Origin: Balanoglossus misakiensis
Lineage: Eukaryota > Animalia > Hemichordata
Assembly: GCA_040954595.2 (NCBI GenBank)
Contig: CM082579.2
Coordinates: 11,087,625 to 11,151,624 of the forward strand
Length of the DNA stretch: 64,000 nucleotides
Direction of reading: 5' to 3'
The notes under the pieces: generated by a model
What the model was told of the DNA's origin: nothing
Database searches by the model: none
The model's input: the letters and a program-made list of their open reading frames with translations, nothing else
Part shown: positions 51,601 through 58,897 of the stretch, piece by piece
How the letters are laid out: every line of letters starts with the position of its first letter
Numbering within the stretch: position 1 is the first letter of the stretch
Position numbers and translations under genes: made by a program

Positions 51601-54600
51601 GGTTTTCCTTCCTCCAGCGTTTCTGTATTCAAATTAATGAGCACTCTTGAACCATCAGGATTTGATGCTATCTGATAGAATAACATATCCTGAGTGAAGC
51701 ATAGCCAACTACAGCTTTCCGTCTTGAAGTCCTTCCGTGCTACGTAGACATGTCCCTATAAATACAATATAACAAGTTTATTCTTTCCTATTATCTTAAT
51801 TGTCGGTGATTAAAAAGCTTGATCAGGATTGATGATTTGATAGATTGATCAGGATTGATCAAACATAATTAATGGAAAAAGGGCAGCGAGAGAGAGAGAG
51901 AATTTGTCCCTTTAAGAATCCATCACATTATGGTAATTACCTTGATTGTTCCACTGTAGCCTGTTCCAACTTTGAATAATCCATGACGATTCTGTACGTA
52001 TAAATAACTGCCATCACTTGCTATAGCACATTCAGAGCTCTCTTGTTTATCAACTACAAAAAAATAGATCAAATACAAATACATTGGGAAAATGTCAAAA
52101 CACTTCAAGCATACAAAATACATTTCTTAAAGGTCATTTTCTCGATCCCAGGGCAGAACCACGAAGGCAAATAAGAAATCCTTTGTGTTAGCACGTAGCA
52201 GCTTATTGGAAACAAAAGATTTGACCCAGTGTTGAGAAGGGCCTTTAACATAACAAACTGCTAAACATCACTGCCGGTATTTTTACATTATACTTTACAA
52301 TCATTTAGTTCAGAAGGTGACACTTGTATCCTAGACAGAGCAGCCTTTTGATCTGTCTATCTAAAAATTAAATCGAGATGCTCTAGAAATGACACTTCTG
52401 AGAATGCATATATAATAATGACATTAATATCAGTGATTGCAAGCTCACCTGGTGATATTTCTGTGATGTGCCATGATTCTAACAAGGCTTGTTGTACAAC
52501 ACCAGTTGACAGCCATGATGGATGCTGGGTTTTGCCAAGGAGTACAGACTGTACACTCTTCTGAAGGGAATTCAGAATTGCCGGAATCTGCATAGGAGAG
52601 ATGAATCACATTCTTTAGCAATAATTATCAATAAGTTTGATAGGAACCAATATATGTCTTAAAATAGTGTCTGACCATTAGTTCATGAGTTTTGAACCTT
52701 TTCATATGTTTTTAATCTCATTTGCATATTACCAGCAGCAGTGTGCCACTTTAAAGTTTCCAGTAATTACACAACAAGAAATGACAGTACTTTCAATTTT
52801 ACTGAACATACATCCTTAATCTGTATTTTTGAATGCAAGTCAAATTAGCAGTTTGGCTCAGCATTATTTCAATTGTTTACCAACTCCATCTATCTTGTCA
52901 AATTTTGACAATATTAAAGCCACAGTATTTCTCGTTTTCGCATAAATTTTGTTTGTTACGGGCAATGTATACGGCTTGCATGTAGCTACAGTTGCCCAAA
53001 CCTTTCTTACATCTTCATTATGTAGTATTCCATGATGAATGTACGGGAAAAACGGGCAATTTCCGATGATGAAAAATAAATAAACACGAGAAACACTGGG
53101 GTTTTAAACATGTGATCCCAATGTCCCTCCAGATGTCCCATCTACATGTAATATTCAAGTCATTGTGTGTTAACGGTATACATGTACATGATAGAATGAC
53201 TACCTTAATTCTTTGTGAAGCCATATTTGGATTACTTCTAAGTAGAGTTGTTATCGCTGTCAGTAATTTGCCCGTATCTCCCCTAGCCACAACCAAACTC
53301 AACAAACAAGCACAACTAAGTGATCCCAGGTTCTCATCTCCTGGACATGTGGCTAGCTCCATCATCAAGTCAAACAAACAATCTGAAACAGAGAAAATAA
53401 AATTGTATAAATTATTTGCTGACATCGTGTTCAAGTTACACATCACTCTCTTGCATGCATCATGTTTTTGATTTGCATGGAAAAATTGTTCCATGGTCTA
53501 ACATAAATTAACAATATCACGGTTCTTGCTAAGTGCCAGCAACCTTGCACCAGTCGACTACTTTGTGTGGCAGCCATATTGGATTGCATCAGGACATAAA
53601 TTAACATATAACTGTCATAGTACATTATCCTTGTACCAGGTGATATGTGAGATATGTGCAGTAGTAATCAAGTTTTTGCTGTTGATGGACAGAAACATAT
53701 AGACATGCATATATGCATACACACACTAGACACACACATACATGTACATGTACATGTAGACTTACGTGCGTATAGACATGTACAGACAGATGCCGACTGA
53801 TCCCATAAGCGCCCACTGCATATTAAACTAAAGGATGTATATTTTCCTTAAATCATGAATGACACATACCTATGACATTCGAAGGCTCATTACATAACCC
53901 CTCAGGTGTTTGTCCTTGCAGGATATCCAAAAGTGACTGTAATGCTCTGCCACATAATGCTGGATGTGTAGACCTGGTTTCATGAATCAGTTGAAACACA
54001 CCGGACATGCCAATACCAACAATCTGATGAAATAAAAGGTTTTATTACACCTCACTCATTATTTTGTATTCCTGATTGGCGTAAATGTACCCATGTGATA
54101 TAGAATAAAAAGAGTTATATGACATGGCTTGAGAGACTACAGCCCTGTCACACACAGTGATATTGCCTGCTGGACGGTTTTGAGATGCAATTCTGAGTGT
54201 GCATGCTTAATTAGTAGCTTAAATGCATGATCTAGACTCCCCACAACATTGGATATTGACACATTCTTTGGCATAATTCCAGGTAAAGTTTACTCACTTT
54301 TACTATTAAAATTTTCAGTGTGATAAAATAAGTAACAGTTGATGCTCATGTAGTATTATACACATGATGGCTGACAATGAGGACAACAGTGTATTTTGAT
54401 GACCGAGGGCGCTGCTAGTCACAACTAAAACAGTCTTGTTTCACCGTCAGACAGACACTTCACTGTCATTATTGAAACATTGGTCATGTGACATGCATTT
54501 TTGCCTACTTTGAAAAATCAATTTTATCAGTTACTGTACTAAAATTTAAATCCTAAGGCTTTACCAACCTTTGGTATCTTCATGACTTCTTTGGCTTTGT

Positions 54601-56573
54601 CTATCTCCTCCTCATCTATACCACTATCTTCTTGCCACTCTGACGTGTGAGAACCAAGAATACGGACTCTTTCCTTCAGATGTCTTTCCAGCATAGTGAG
54701 TCTGATATTGGCAAAGACACTGAACGCTGAGGGGTTGCTTGCAATCTCAATATTGGCTACCGGTAATGATGTGTCTATACTTGAAACCTGAAATCAATCA
54801 CAAGTTATTCCCACATTACAACACATTCTTTCAGTTTCACCTGATTGAACGTCAGCTGCAAGATTGTAATGTGATGTGATGACGGCCTTTCATACACACC
54901 AAGCACTAACCCCAATGGTAACTACATGTATATCCACCAGAGAATGGTACAGCCCAAGGTGCACTCACAGTGCAGTTCAATTCAAAAGATCCCCGAGTTC
55001 ACATATAACCACATCAGTGTTCTCCCCAGGAATTTCTGATAGCGTAGCGGCTAATAAAGTTCTATTGTCTTCTCAAAATTAAAGAGTAGTGGCAACTATG
55101 CTTAAATTGTTCTGGGGAGAACACTTCACCCCTTGAAAATTTAACTGGTACAGGTATACCATGATCAGTTGTCAAAAATAACAATGCTCTCTTTACATAC
55201 TTCCCATAGTTTTCAGACGAGTTGATAAGGCAACCGCTGCTCTAAGAAGTATGAGGAAATAAAGTCTATACCCATAAATATCAAAAAGCTACACTCAGTC
55301 TTAGAAACAATTAATACATGTCAGAGAGTCCCCCATAGAACTTGGGAGCAATCCAAGATTGTGTAATGATAGCAGATGAGTAAAATGGTTTCTAGTCACT
55401 TCGACCCCTGGCCGTTCTGACCCCCAACACCTAAAGTCACTTCGACCCCTATAAATTCATTCGGTAAGGAGACAAACTTAGTGGCGTGAATGTGTTATCA
55501 GGTTCGTTTGATGTGCTAAATATTTGCAGAGTTTTCCAGGGCTCCGGTGTGAGGCACTACACATGCGATTTTTGCGTGTGAAGTTAAAAAAATGACACTC
55601 CAACCGTAAATCAAAAGATATAGGGTAGCTTATTCAAAGAAATCGTGAGATTGACTAGCGAATCGCAAGTTCTCGCAGCTTTACCGTGAATCGTACGCAT
55701 TACAGGGACACATATTCACCGGTCAAGTGACTGTTATTCTGAGGCAATTTTCCCCGAAAAGTTGCATATCGTTCCTAAGTGTTGTTACAGACCTATGAAA
55801 TAATCAGACATAGGGATCGAAGTGACTTGGCCACAGGGGTCCAGGTGACCACAAAGAGGTGTGAATCACTGGGGTCTAAATGGCCAGGGGTCGAAGTGAC
55901 CTGTTACCGAGTAAAATCAGTTTTGCTTTCAGTTTCAGTTTACGAACAGAGTAGTGGCCATGTTGCTTATTGGCAAACGACCAAAGCTATCCAAAGCGAT
56001 AAAGCCATCTTGGCCCAGTACAGCTTCAGTTCATTTACTAATACTAGCTCGAGGTTTTGCTTTGGTTTGTGTGTTGGACGGCAAACCAGAGACAAAACCT
56101 CGAGCTACTGAACTGCAGCTAGAGGCCCAGTAGACAAACGTTACGGTTACTGCAGGCAAATCTGACTCCAGCTGCACTGATTGTGGCGGTTGCTGCTAGG
56201 TTGAAGATGGTGTTCACAGTACTACTGGGTCTTCGAACACTATCCATCGTCAACCTTGCAGCACCCACTACAATCATTGCTGCAAATCTTACCCGTGACT
56301 GGGACTTATTCTTCTGGGATCCTTTCGGTTTCTTTTTTATTTTCTTCGTCGGTGATTTCCTGTCACAATATAAAACAGCGTACACAGATTTCAACAGCGA
56401 GTTTGGATCATGTAAACCTTTCAATAAATTCAATAACAAGACGGCGTAGAAAGAAGTTTTCTGGAGATAAACACCCACCTGTTTTCATCTTCCTTTATAG
56501 AGAACATATTCTGAAACTTCGACCCTAGAGAAGGCCCACGGAGGAAGTGCTCGGGCTGCGCACTTGCAGCCAT
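2066..56573 (-). CDS. MYCBP2: E3 ubiquitin-protein ligase MYCBP2 (PHR family; Highwire/RPM-1/Phr1 orthologue), complete multi-exon gene, ~4558 aa
   Basis: Hand-traced coding exons in transcription order: 56479-56573, 56293-56359, 54569-54787, 53870-54023, 53204-53382, 52449-52587, 51941-52053, 51587-51755, 51282-51352, 50543-50684, 46824-46900, 46371-46575, 45731-45898, 45241-45396, 44495-44708, 43866-44077, 42472-42706, 41813-41927, 40363-40579, 38497-38644, 37658-37959, 36677-36804, 36124-36215, 35681-35815, 35051-35134, 34521-34617, 33807-33999, 33216-33487, 32182-32409, 31364-31462, 30579-30674, 29844-30047, 29258-29386, 28776-28954, 28107-28249, 27856-27956, 27047-27274, 26433-26637, 25815-25933, 25195-25338, 24622-24794, 23669-23813, 22991-23235, 21776-21891, 21303-21394, 20867-21121, 20494-20590, 19763-19902, 18793-19048, 18005-18133 (candidate), 15268-17340, 14448-14633, 13795-13982, 13262-13405, 12606-12932, 11820-12044, 11494-11559, 10507-10821, 10272-10352, 9332-9592, 8651-8934, 8287-8398, 7438-7557, 7070-7174, 6494-6622, 6240(or 6234)-6369, 5656-5762, 5043-5237, 4545-4652, 3833-4042, 3365-3472, 2858-3023, 2066-2181. 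Sum is 13677 nt and the splice phases are consistent. Recognised MYCBP2 motifs: [16 protein letters not shown] (PHR1), [16 protein letters not shown] (PHR2), [23 protein letters not shown] (RING), [32 protein letters not shown], and C-terminus [16 protein letters not shown]. Confidence 0.97.
2521..2822. mobile_element. MITE family C (Kolobok-type, TTAA TSD), full copy
   Basis: TTAA|AGCG..TAGCTCGTCTCACGCGCATG ... CATGCGTGTGAGATGAGCTACGCGCT|TTAA. The interior is shared with 17688-17900 and 41960-42067. Confidence 0.85.
3151..3357. mobile_element. MITE family A (TA TSD, ~207 bp, Tc1/mariner-superfamily type)
   Basis: TA|CTGTAAAACACTTTATTTTCGC ... GCGAAAATAAAGTGTTTTACAG|TA. Confidence 0.9.
4187..4352. 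mobile_element. pogo-like TA MITE (~165 bp)
   Basis: TAC(C)GTTAAAGTCATTTTA(T)AAG TIRs and GGGTGCGACTTATA subrepeats; inverted copy at 31801-31968. Confidence 0.8.
5271..5384. mobile_element. Short TTAA MITE family D (~115 bp)
   Basis: Inverted near-identical copy at 52131-52244; AGG...CCT termini and TTAA flanks. Confidence 0.8.
5392..5650. mobile_element. MITE family B, truncated copy (other fragments at ~3055-3134, ~9045-9260, ~51857-51911)
   Basis: Left TIR after TTAA and the shared internal sequence CAACATTCAACGACACACAACTTCCATC. Confidence 0.8.
7070..14633 (-). CDS. MYCBP2: MYCBP2 exons 52-64 including DOC (APC10-like) domain
   Basis: [41 protein letters not shown] (DOC), [32 protein letters not shown] and [21 protein letters not shown]. 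Confidence 0.93.
10015..10085. repeat. (ACAT)n/(ACAG)n compound microsatellite
   Basis: Directly visible. Confidence 0.93.
14758..15117. mobile_element. MITE family B, full copy
   Basis: Same TIRs; left TSD mutated (TAAA). Confidence 0.85.
15268..17340 (-). CDS. MYCBP2: MYCBP2 large 2073-nt exon (Ser/Pro/Lys-rich region plus conserved blocks)
   Basis: Acceptor ACAG|GCAC at 17340 and donor CCAG|GTAAGT at 15268. Contains [34 protein letters not shown] and [36 protein letters not shown]...[12 protein letters not shown]. Confidence 0.95.
17688..17900. mobile_element. MITE family C copy
   Basis: TTAA-flanked; shared GGTCGCCGCCATCTTCTCTGTTG..GGACAGAGCACTGCCTTATGGG core. Confidence 0.85.
18793..28249 (-). 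CDS. MYCBP2: MYCBP2 central exons (35-49) including RAE1-binding/filamin-like region
   Basis: [43 protein letters not shown] (RAE1-binding motif), [21 protein letters not shown] and [16 protein letters not shown]. Confidence 0.9.
21511..21696. mobile_element. TTAA Kolobok-type MITE (partial relative at ~36895-37005)
   Basis: TTAA|AAGTATACGGTCACC ... GGTGACCGTGTACCT|TTAA; the interior GTGGGTGGCACACG..AAAAAAGAG(C/T)GCCACCATA recurs near 36970. Confidence 0.75.
21923..22129. mobile_element. MITE family A copy
   Basis: Same TIRs and TA TSD; same orientation as 3151. Confidence 0.9.
22160..22857 (-). mobile_element. Internally deleted hAT-type DNA transposon with 6-bp TSD
   Basis: TIRs CAGTGTTCATTCTAGG (22160) and CCTAGAATTAACACTG (ends 22857), flanked by the direct repeat CTAACA (22154-59, 22858-63). 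GC-richer interior with a minus-strand ORF piece [14 protein letters not shown].. resembling transposase N-termini. Confidence 0.8.
23304..23643. mobile_element. MITE family B, full copy
   Basis: TTAA|AGGGACAAAG...CTTTGTCCCT|TTAA. Confidence 0.9.
26043..26249. mobile_element. MITE family A copy, reverse orientation
   Basis: Same TIRs; interior reverse-complemented. Confidence 0.9.
27301..27600. mobile_element. Unclassified TIR element (~300 bp)
   Basis: TTGTGACACACCTCAT / ATGAGATGTGTTACAA inverted ends and CpG-richer interior; no clear TSD. Confidence 0.55.
27605..27775. repeat. Long imperfect palindrome (hairpin MITE-like)
   Basis: GGGACTGTGAGTCACCCCCAAAACGGACTGTTTC pairs with GAAACAGTCTGTTTTGGGGTTGACTCACAGTCCC; pairing extends to both ends. 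Confidence 0.8.
28776..37959 (-). CDS. MYCBP2: MYCBP2 PHR1 and PHR2 domain exons (21-34)
   Basis: PHR1: [23 protein letters not shown]...[21 protein letters not shown]2: [27 protein letters not shown]...[18 protein letters not shown]. Confidence 0.93.
31801..31968. mobile_element. pogo-like TA MITE, reverse copy
   Basis: Reverse complement of 4187-4352. Confidence 0.8.
33554..33794. mobile_element. MITE family B, internally deleted copy
   Basis: Both TIRs and TTAA present; about 100 bp of the right arm is missing. Confidence 0.85.
36323..36456. repeat. Imperfect palindrome (~134 bp)
   Basis: AAAATCAGATGTTGAGTT / AACTCTACATCTGATTTT outer arms; TTGGCTGTTTTGTTC / GAACAGAACAGCCAA inner arms. 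Confidence 0.7.
37484..37641. mobile_element. MITE family A, deleted copy
   Basis: Right TIR intact, left TIR degraded, internal deletion. Confidence 0.8.
38497..46900 (-). CDS. MYCBP2: MYCBP2 RCC1-like domain exons (11-20)
   Basis: RCC1-type blades: [80 protein letters not shown] and WIGASGDQT. Also the Cys-rich insert [36 protein letters not shown]. Confidence 0.92.
38974..40071. mobile_element. Foldback-type non-autonomous DNA transposon with ~160-bp TIRs and 7-bp TSD
   Basis: 38975-39135 is a near-perfect inverted copy of 39910-40070. The TIRs are built of ACTCGGA/TCCGAGT subrepeats and are flanked by AAATATA (38967-73, 40072-78). Confidence 0.88.
40747..41093. mobile_element. MITE family B (Kolobok-type, TTAA TSD, ~347 bp, near-palindromic), full copy
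   Basis: TTAA|AGGGACAAAGTCTCTCTC ... GAGAGACTTTGTCCCT|TTAA. The arms are inverted over most of the length. Confidence 0.9.
41555..41764. mobile_element. MITE family A copy, reverse orientation
   Basis: TA-flanked with the same TIRs. Confidence 0.88.
41960..42067. mobile_element. MITE family C, right half
   Basis: Matches the 3' half of 2521-2822 and ends GCGCT|TTAA. Confidence 0.8.
42072..42418. mobile_element. MITE family B, full copy
   Basis: Same TIRs and TTAA TSD; shares its left TTAA with a family C copy. Confidence 0.9.
43309..43401. repeat. ~45-bp-arm palindrome
   Basis: AGGTTATTACGAAAATAACGCAAAGTATGCAC..GGACATTAGCG / CGCTTATGTCC..GTGCATACTTTGCGGTATTTTCGTAATTACCT. Confidence 0.85.
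44745..45056. mobile_element. Diverged family C-related MITE, reverse orientation (related copy ~29595-29828)
   Basis: TTAA|AGGGCGATGATC...GATCGTTGGCCT|TTAA; contains CAAGATGGCGGCGACCATAGTCTGTGTCGGA, the reverse of the family C core. Confidence 0.75.
46201..46358. mobile_element. Tigger-like MITE remnant
   Basis: Repeated CTATTAAGGACA motifs with inverted GTCCTTAATAGACAGGTTTCACTG right end. Confidence 0.6.
47595..48900 (+). pseudogene. Decayed Tigger/pogo (CENP-B-type HTH + DDE_1) transposase in MYCBP2 intron 10
   Basis: Frameshifted pieces in canonical order: [13 protein letters not shown] (CENP-B N-terminal HTH), [25 protein letters not shown] (second HTH), [67 protein letters not shown], then an acidic tail. 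Several stops and frameshifts. Confidence 0.9.
48907..49850 (+). pseudogene. Decayed piggyBac (PGBD4-like, DDE_Tnp_1_7) transposase fragment
   Basis: Acidic N-terminus, then [49 protein letters not shown], an internal deletion, then [38 protein letters not shown] (catalytic D appears as N). 3'-truncated. Confidence 0.9.
49974..50298. mobile_element. TTAA Kolobok-type MITE (single copy here)
   Basis: TTAA|AGCCCCATGAACTGCC ... GGCAGCTCATGGGGCT|TTAA. Confidence 0.8.
50334..50531. mobile_element. MITE family A copy (degenerate relative at ~46057-46180)
   Basis: TA-flanked with the same TIRs. Confidence 0.88.
50543..56573 (-). CDS. MYCBP2: MYCBP2 N-terminal exons 1-10
   Basis: Start ACCATGG ([13 protein letters not shown]...), then [87 protein letters not shown] and LQFKLARKC, all resembling the MYCBP2 N-terminus. 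GT-AG boundaries are in phase. Confidence 0.88.
50760..51128 (-). mobile_element. tRNA-derived SINE (tRNA-Thr(CGT)-like head 51053-51128)
   Basis: Minus strand reads TGGCCTTAGTGG (A box), CTGA-CTCGTAA-TCAG anticodon arm and GGTTCGAGAC (B box). The acceptor stem does not pair, so it is not a functional tRNA. It is followed by a ~300-nt body whose 3' boundary is approximate. Confidence 0.65.
52131..52244. mobile_element. Short TTAA MITE family D, reverse copy
   Basis: TTAA|AGGTCATTTTCTC...GAGAAGGGCCT|TTAA. Confidence 0.8.
52918..53103. mobile_element. Degenerate TTAA MITE
   Basis: TTAA|AGCCACAGTATTTCTCGT ... ACGAGAAACACTGGGGTT|TTAA, imperfect TIRs. Confidence 0.55.
55387..55908. mobile_element. 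Mutator/MULE-type MITE with 9-bp TSD
   Basis: GG...CC termini; TIR core GTCACTTCGACCCCTGGCC / GGCCAGGGGTCGAAGTGAC with subterminal repeats; exact 9-bp TSD GAGTAAAAT (55378-86, 55909-17). Confidence 0.85.
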
Positions 56574-56714
56574 GGTGCCTCTTGTTGTTGAACACTCTCA
56601 GTGACACAGGATTCTTTGCACTTAAATTCACAATGGAAGACAACAACGATAAAGAACAATGTTTGGAGGGTTGGATATTCCCCCCGTCAGATTCCAGGGT
56701 TGCTTCTTCACTCG

Positions 56715-56760
56715 TTACTCTTCCTCATCTGAGGAGCGAATGGTCGCCATTTTGGATTAT
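56715..56760 (-). promoter_or_regulatory. YY1-type motif (CAAAATGGCG) overlapping an 11-codon uORF in the likely MYCBP2 5' leader
   Basis: Minus strand CCAAAATGGCGACC...; ATG GCG ACC ATT CGC TCC TCA GAT GAG GAA GAG TAA (56750 to 56715). Confidence 0.5.
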
Positions 56761-57104
56761 GCTTCATGGGTAAACTTGTTGGGCCGTTGCTGATATGCAC
56801 AGCGCCACCAGTAGACCAGTAGACAAAAATGACAGGGAGTCGAGTACAGACCAGCCTGAGTACAGTACGTATCACATGAGCAGACAAACCTGAAACTATT
56901 GGGTCATATACAATTTGGGTACATAGCCCTTCCATGGGAAGATCTATATCTGATTAGATTTTAGTGTGTGTGGCTAGCATAATTAAAAATATACTTTTCC
57001 TCTGTTTCACTATCCGTACGTGATATTGATATTCATTGTGAACGAGCAGATCGTTTTTGCCGAAAAGGTTGACGTCGAGCATCGAGGTAGGGAGACTGAC
57101 TGTC

Positions 57105-57105
57105 C

Positions 57106-57136
<31 letters not shown>
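57105..57136. repeat. (CAA)n microsatellite
   Basis: Directly visible. Confidence 0.95.
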
Positions 57137-58024
57137 GATAACGGGCGCGTTGCCATGACATCACTCCGGCCCGAGGAATTACTTGGCACGGTGATGTCTT
57201 CACTCTGATACTTTGGACACACATTTTATGGGTGATATCTCGAAAAGATTAACACGCCGTGATTTTACGTTAAAGACCCAAAAGCAGCCAATTTTTTGCA
57301 TTTTATGGTACTTGCAAACTTACAATGGTCTATTACTTGTGGGTACATACGCAGTCCAAATATATTCTGATTGTAGCTGTAGGCCTACATTTACATAATA
57401 TTATGATCAAGTTAAATAATAAAGGGGCGCCGCATCTATTTATTCAGTCTCCCATTGCTAGAGAAGACCCACAAATTCATTTCATTATAATAGGCCCTAC
57501 CACCAGTTTGCAATTAGGCATATGTGAAGAATGATTCAAACAAATTTGATGCAACCATACGGGTACTTTTCTCATAATTACTACACTGACAGTTTGGTGA
57601 ACATCAACATGGTGCATAGGCCTACATATTTTCTCGTTTAATAATTAATTATGATTTTTTTTTGCAAATTAGATCATATCTGAAAGACTGACTATAAGGT
57701 CTGCGTGGCTTCCTTTTTTCAGTACGTTTCTTGTGGTCGAATTTCGTTCAAAAGTGCCCCCCCTCAAATATCATGCTTCAAAAATGGCCCATCTCTTACA
57801 CTAAATGCAAAATGCCTTTTCTCACCATAGGCCAGAAACGTATTTACCAAGGAAACGCCGGGATAGATTCTAAGCACGCGTCTGATCTATCTGTGTAAAG
57901 CGGAATAAACTTGAATAAACCATCAAAAGAAACAAGCCGTTGATTTTTCTTTTCAGCGATTTCTTTCTGGGCATTTCACTTGTATCGGGCATTTAATTAT
58001 GAAGTTCATACTCTGTGAATAATA

Positions 58025-58026
58025 AT

Positions 58027-58092
<66 letters not shown>
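58025..58092. repeat. (ATTT)n microsatellite
   Basis: Directly visible. Confidence 0.95.
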
Positions 58093-58093
<1 letters not shown>

Positions 58094-58682
58094 TTATATA
58101 TCTATTTAATTCTTCATTCTGTCGTCGTCGTTGTTGTCGTCGTCGTTGTAATCGAAGAAAGAAATCGCCTACAGAAATGGTTCATCTGTAACGAACCCAA
58201 ATTTTGACTTCGGACAAATTAACAGTTCTTGAGGATCTTTCCTTGCTACGGTTTTGTTATACTAGTATTAAATGTACTGATAGAGTCTAGACTTGCGTGT
58301 AATTCGGGAGCAAGGCAAAATAACCACATGGGTCTGAATTCTAGACTATACTGAAATACGCGTGACGTGATTCGGTTCAACTGACACACGTCACAGGGAC
58401 AAGTGGAGACTGCCAGGCCCCTCCCCCCACGTCCCTGACAATAAATAATTAAGCATTAACAGCATTTTCCACCGAGGCAGTGTCGGTTTACCACCATCAG
58501 CCTTTTTCTTGTTTGCCATCACACATACGTGCATCTAGCTCTGTGGGGCCAACGTGGGCCACAATCAGGCGATAAACAACACATAGACTTGCCACGCCAC
58601 AGCCTTGCCACGCATAGCTAATATTGATCTACGTATTCAAGCATATATTTATATCATGATTATGAATATCGCCTAAACAGCA

Positions 58683-58873
58683 GTAAGTCGACGTCGTTAA
58701 CTCACCATAGTTGTCACGTGATCTCCATGGTTCATTGCTACATGCAGGAACTCGTTCGTTCGCCGCTTGTATGTCACATTAACTCGAATTGTGATTTGTG
58801 ATGAAATGCATATAGCTATTGATTAACCACAGAATCAGTTCTAGTCATCTATGGCTAACCTTATTTCGTATAG
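58683..58873 (+). other. Probable 5'-UTR intron of the sialyltransferase gene
   Basis: CA|GTAAGT donor at 58683, branch-like GCTAAC near 58853 and TTATTTCGTATAG acceptor ending 58873, 24 nt before the ATG. Confidence 0.55.
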
Positions 58874-58897
58874 CGCTGCTTCGATTTAAGGCATGTC

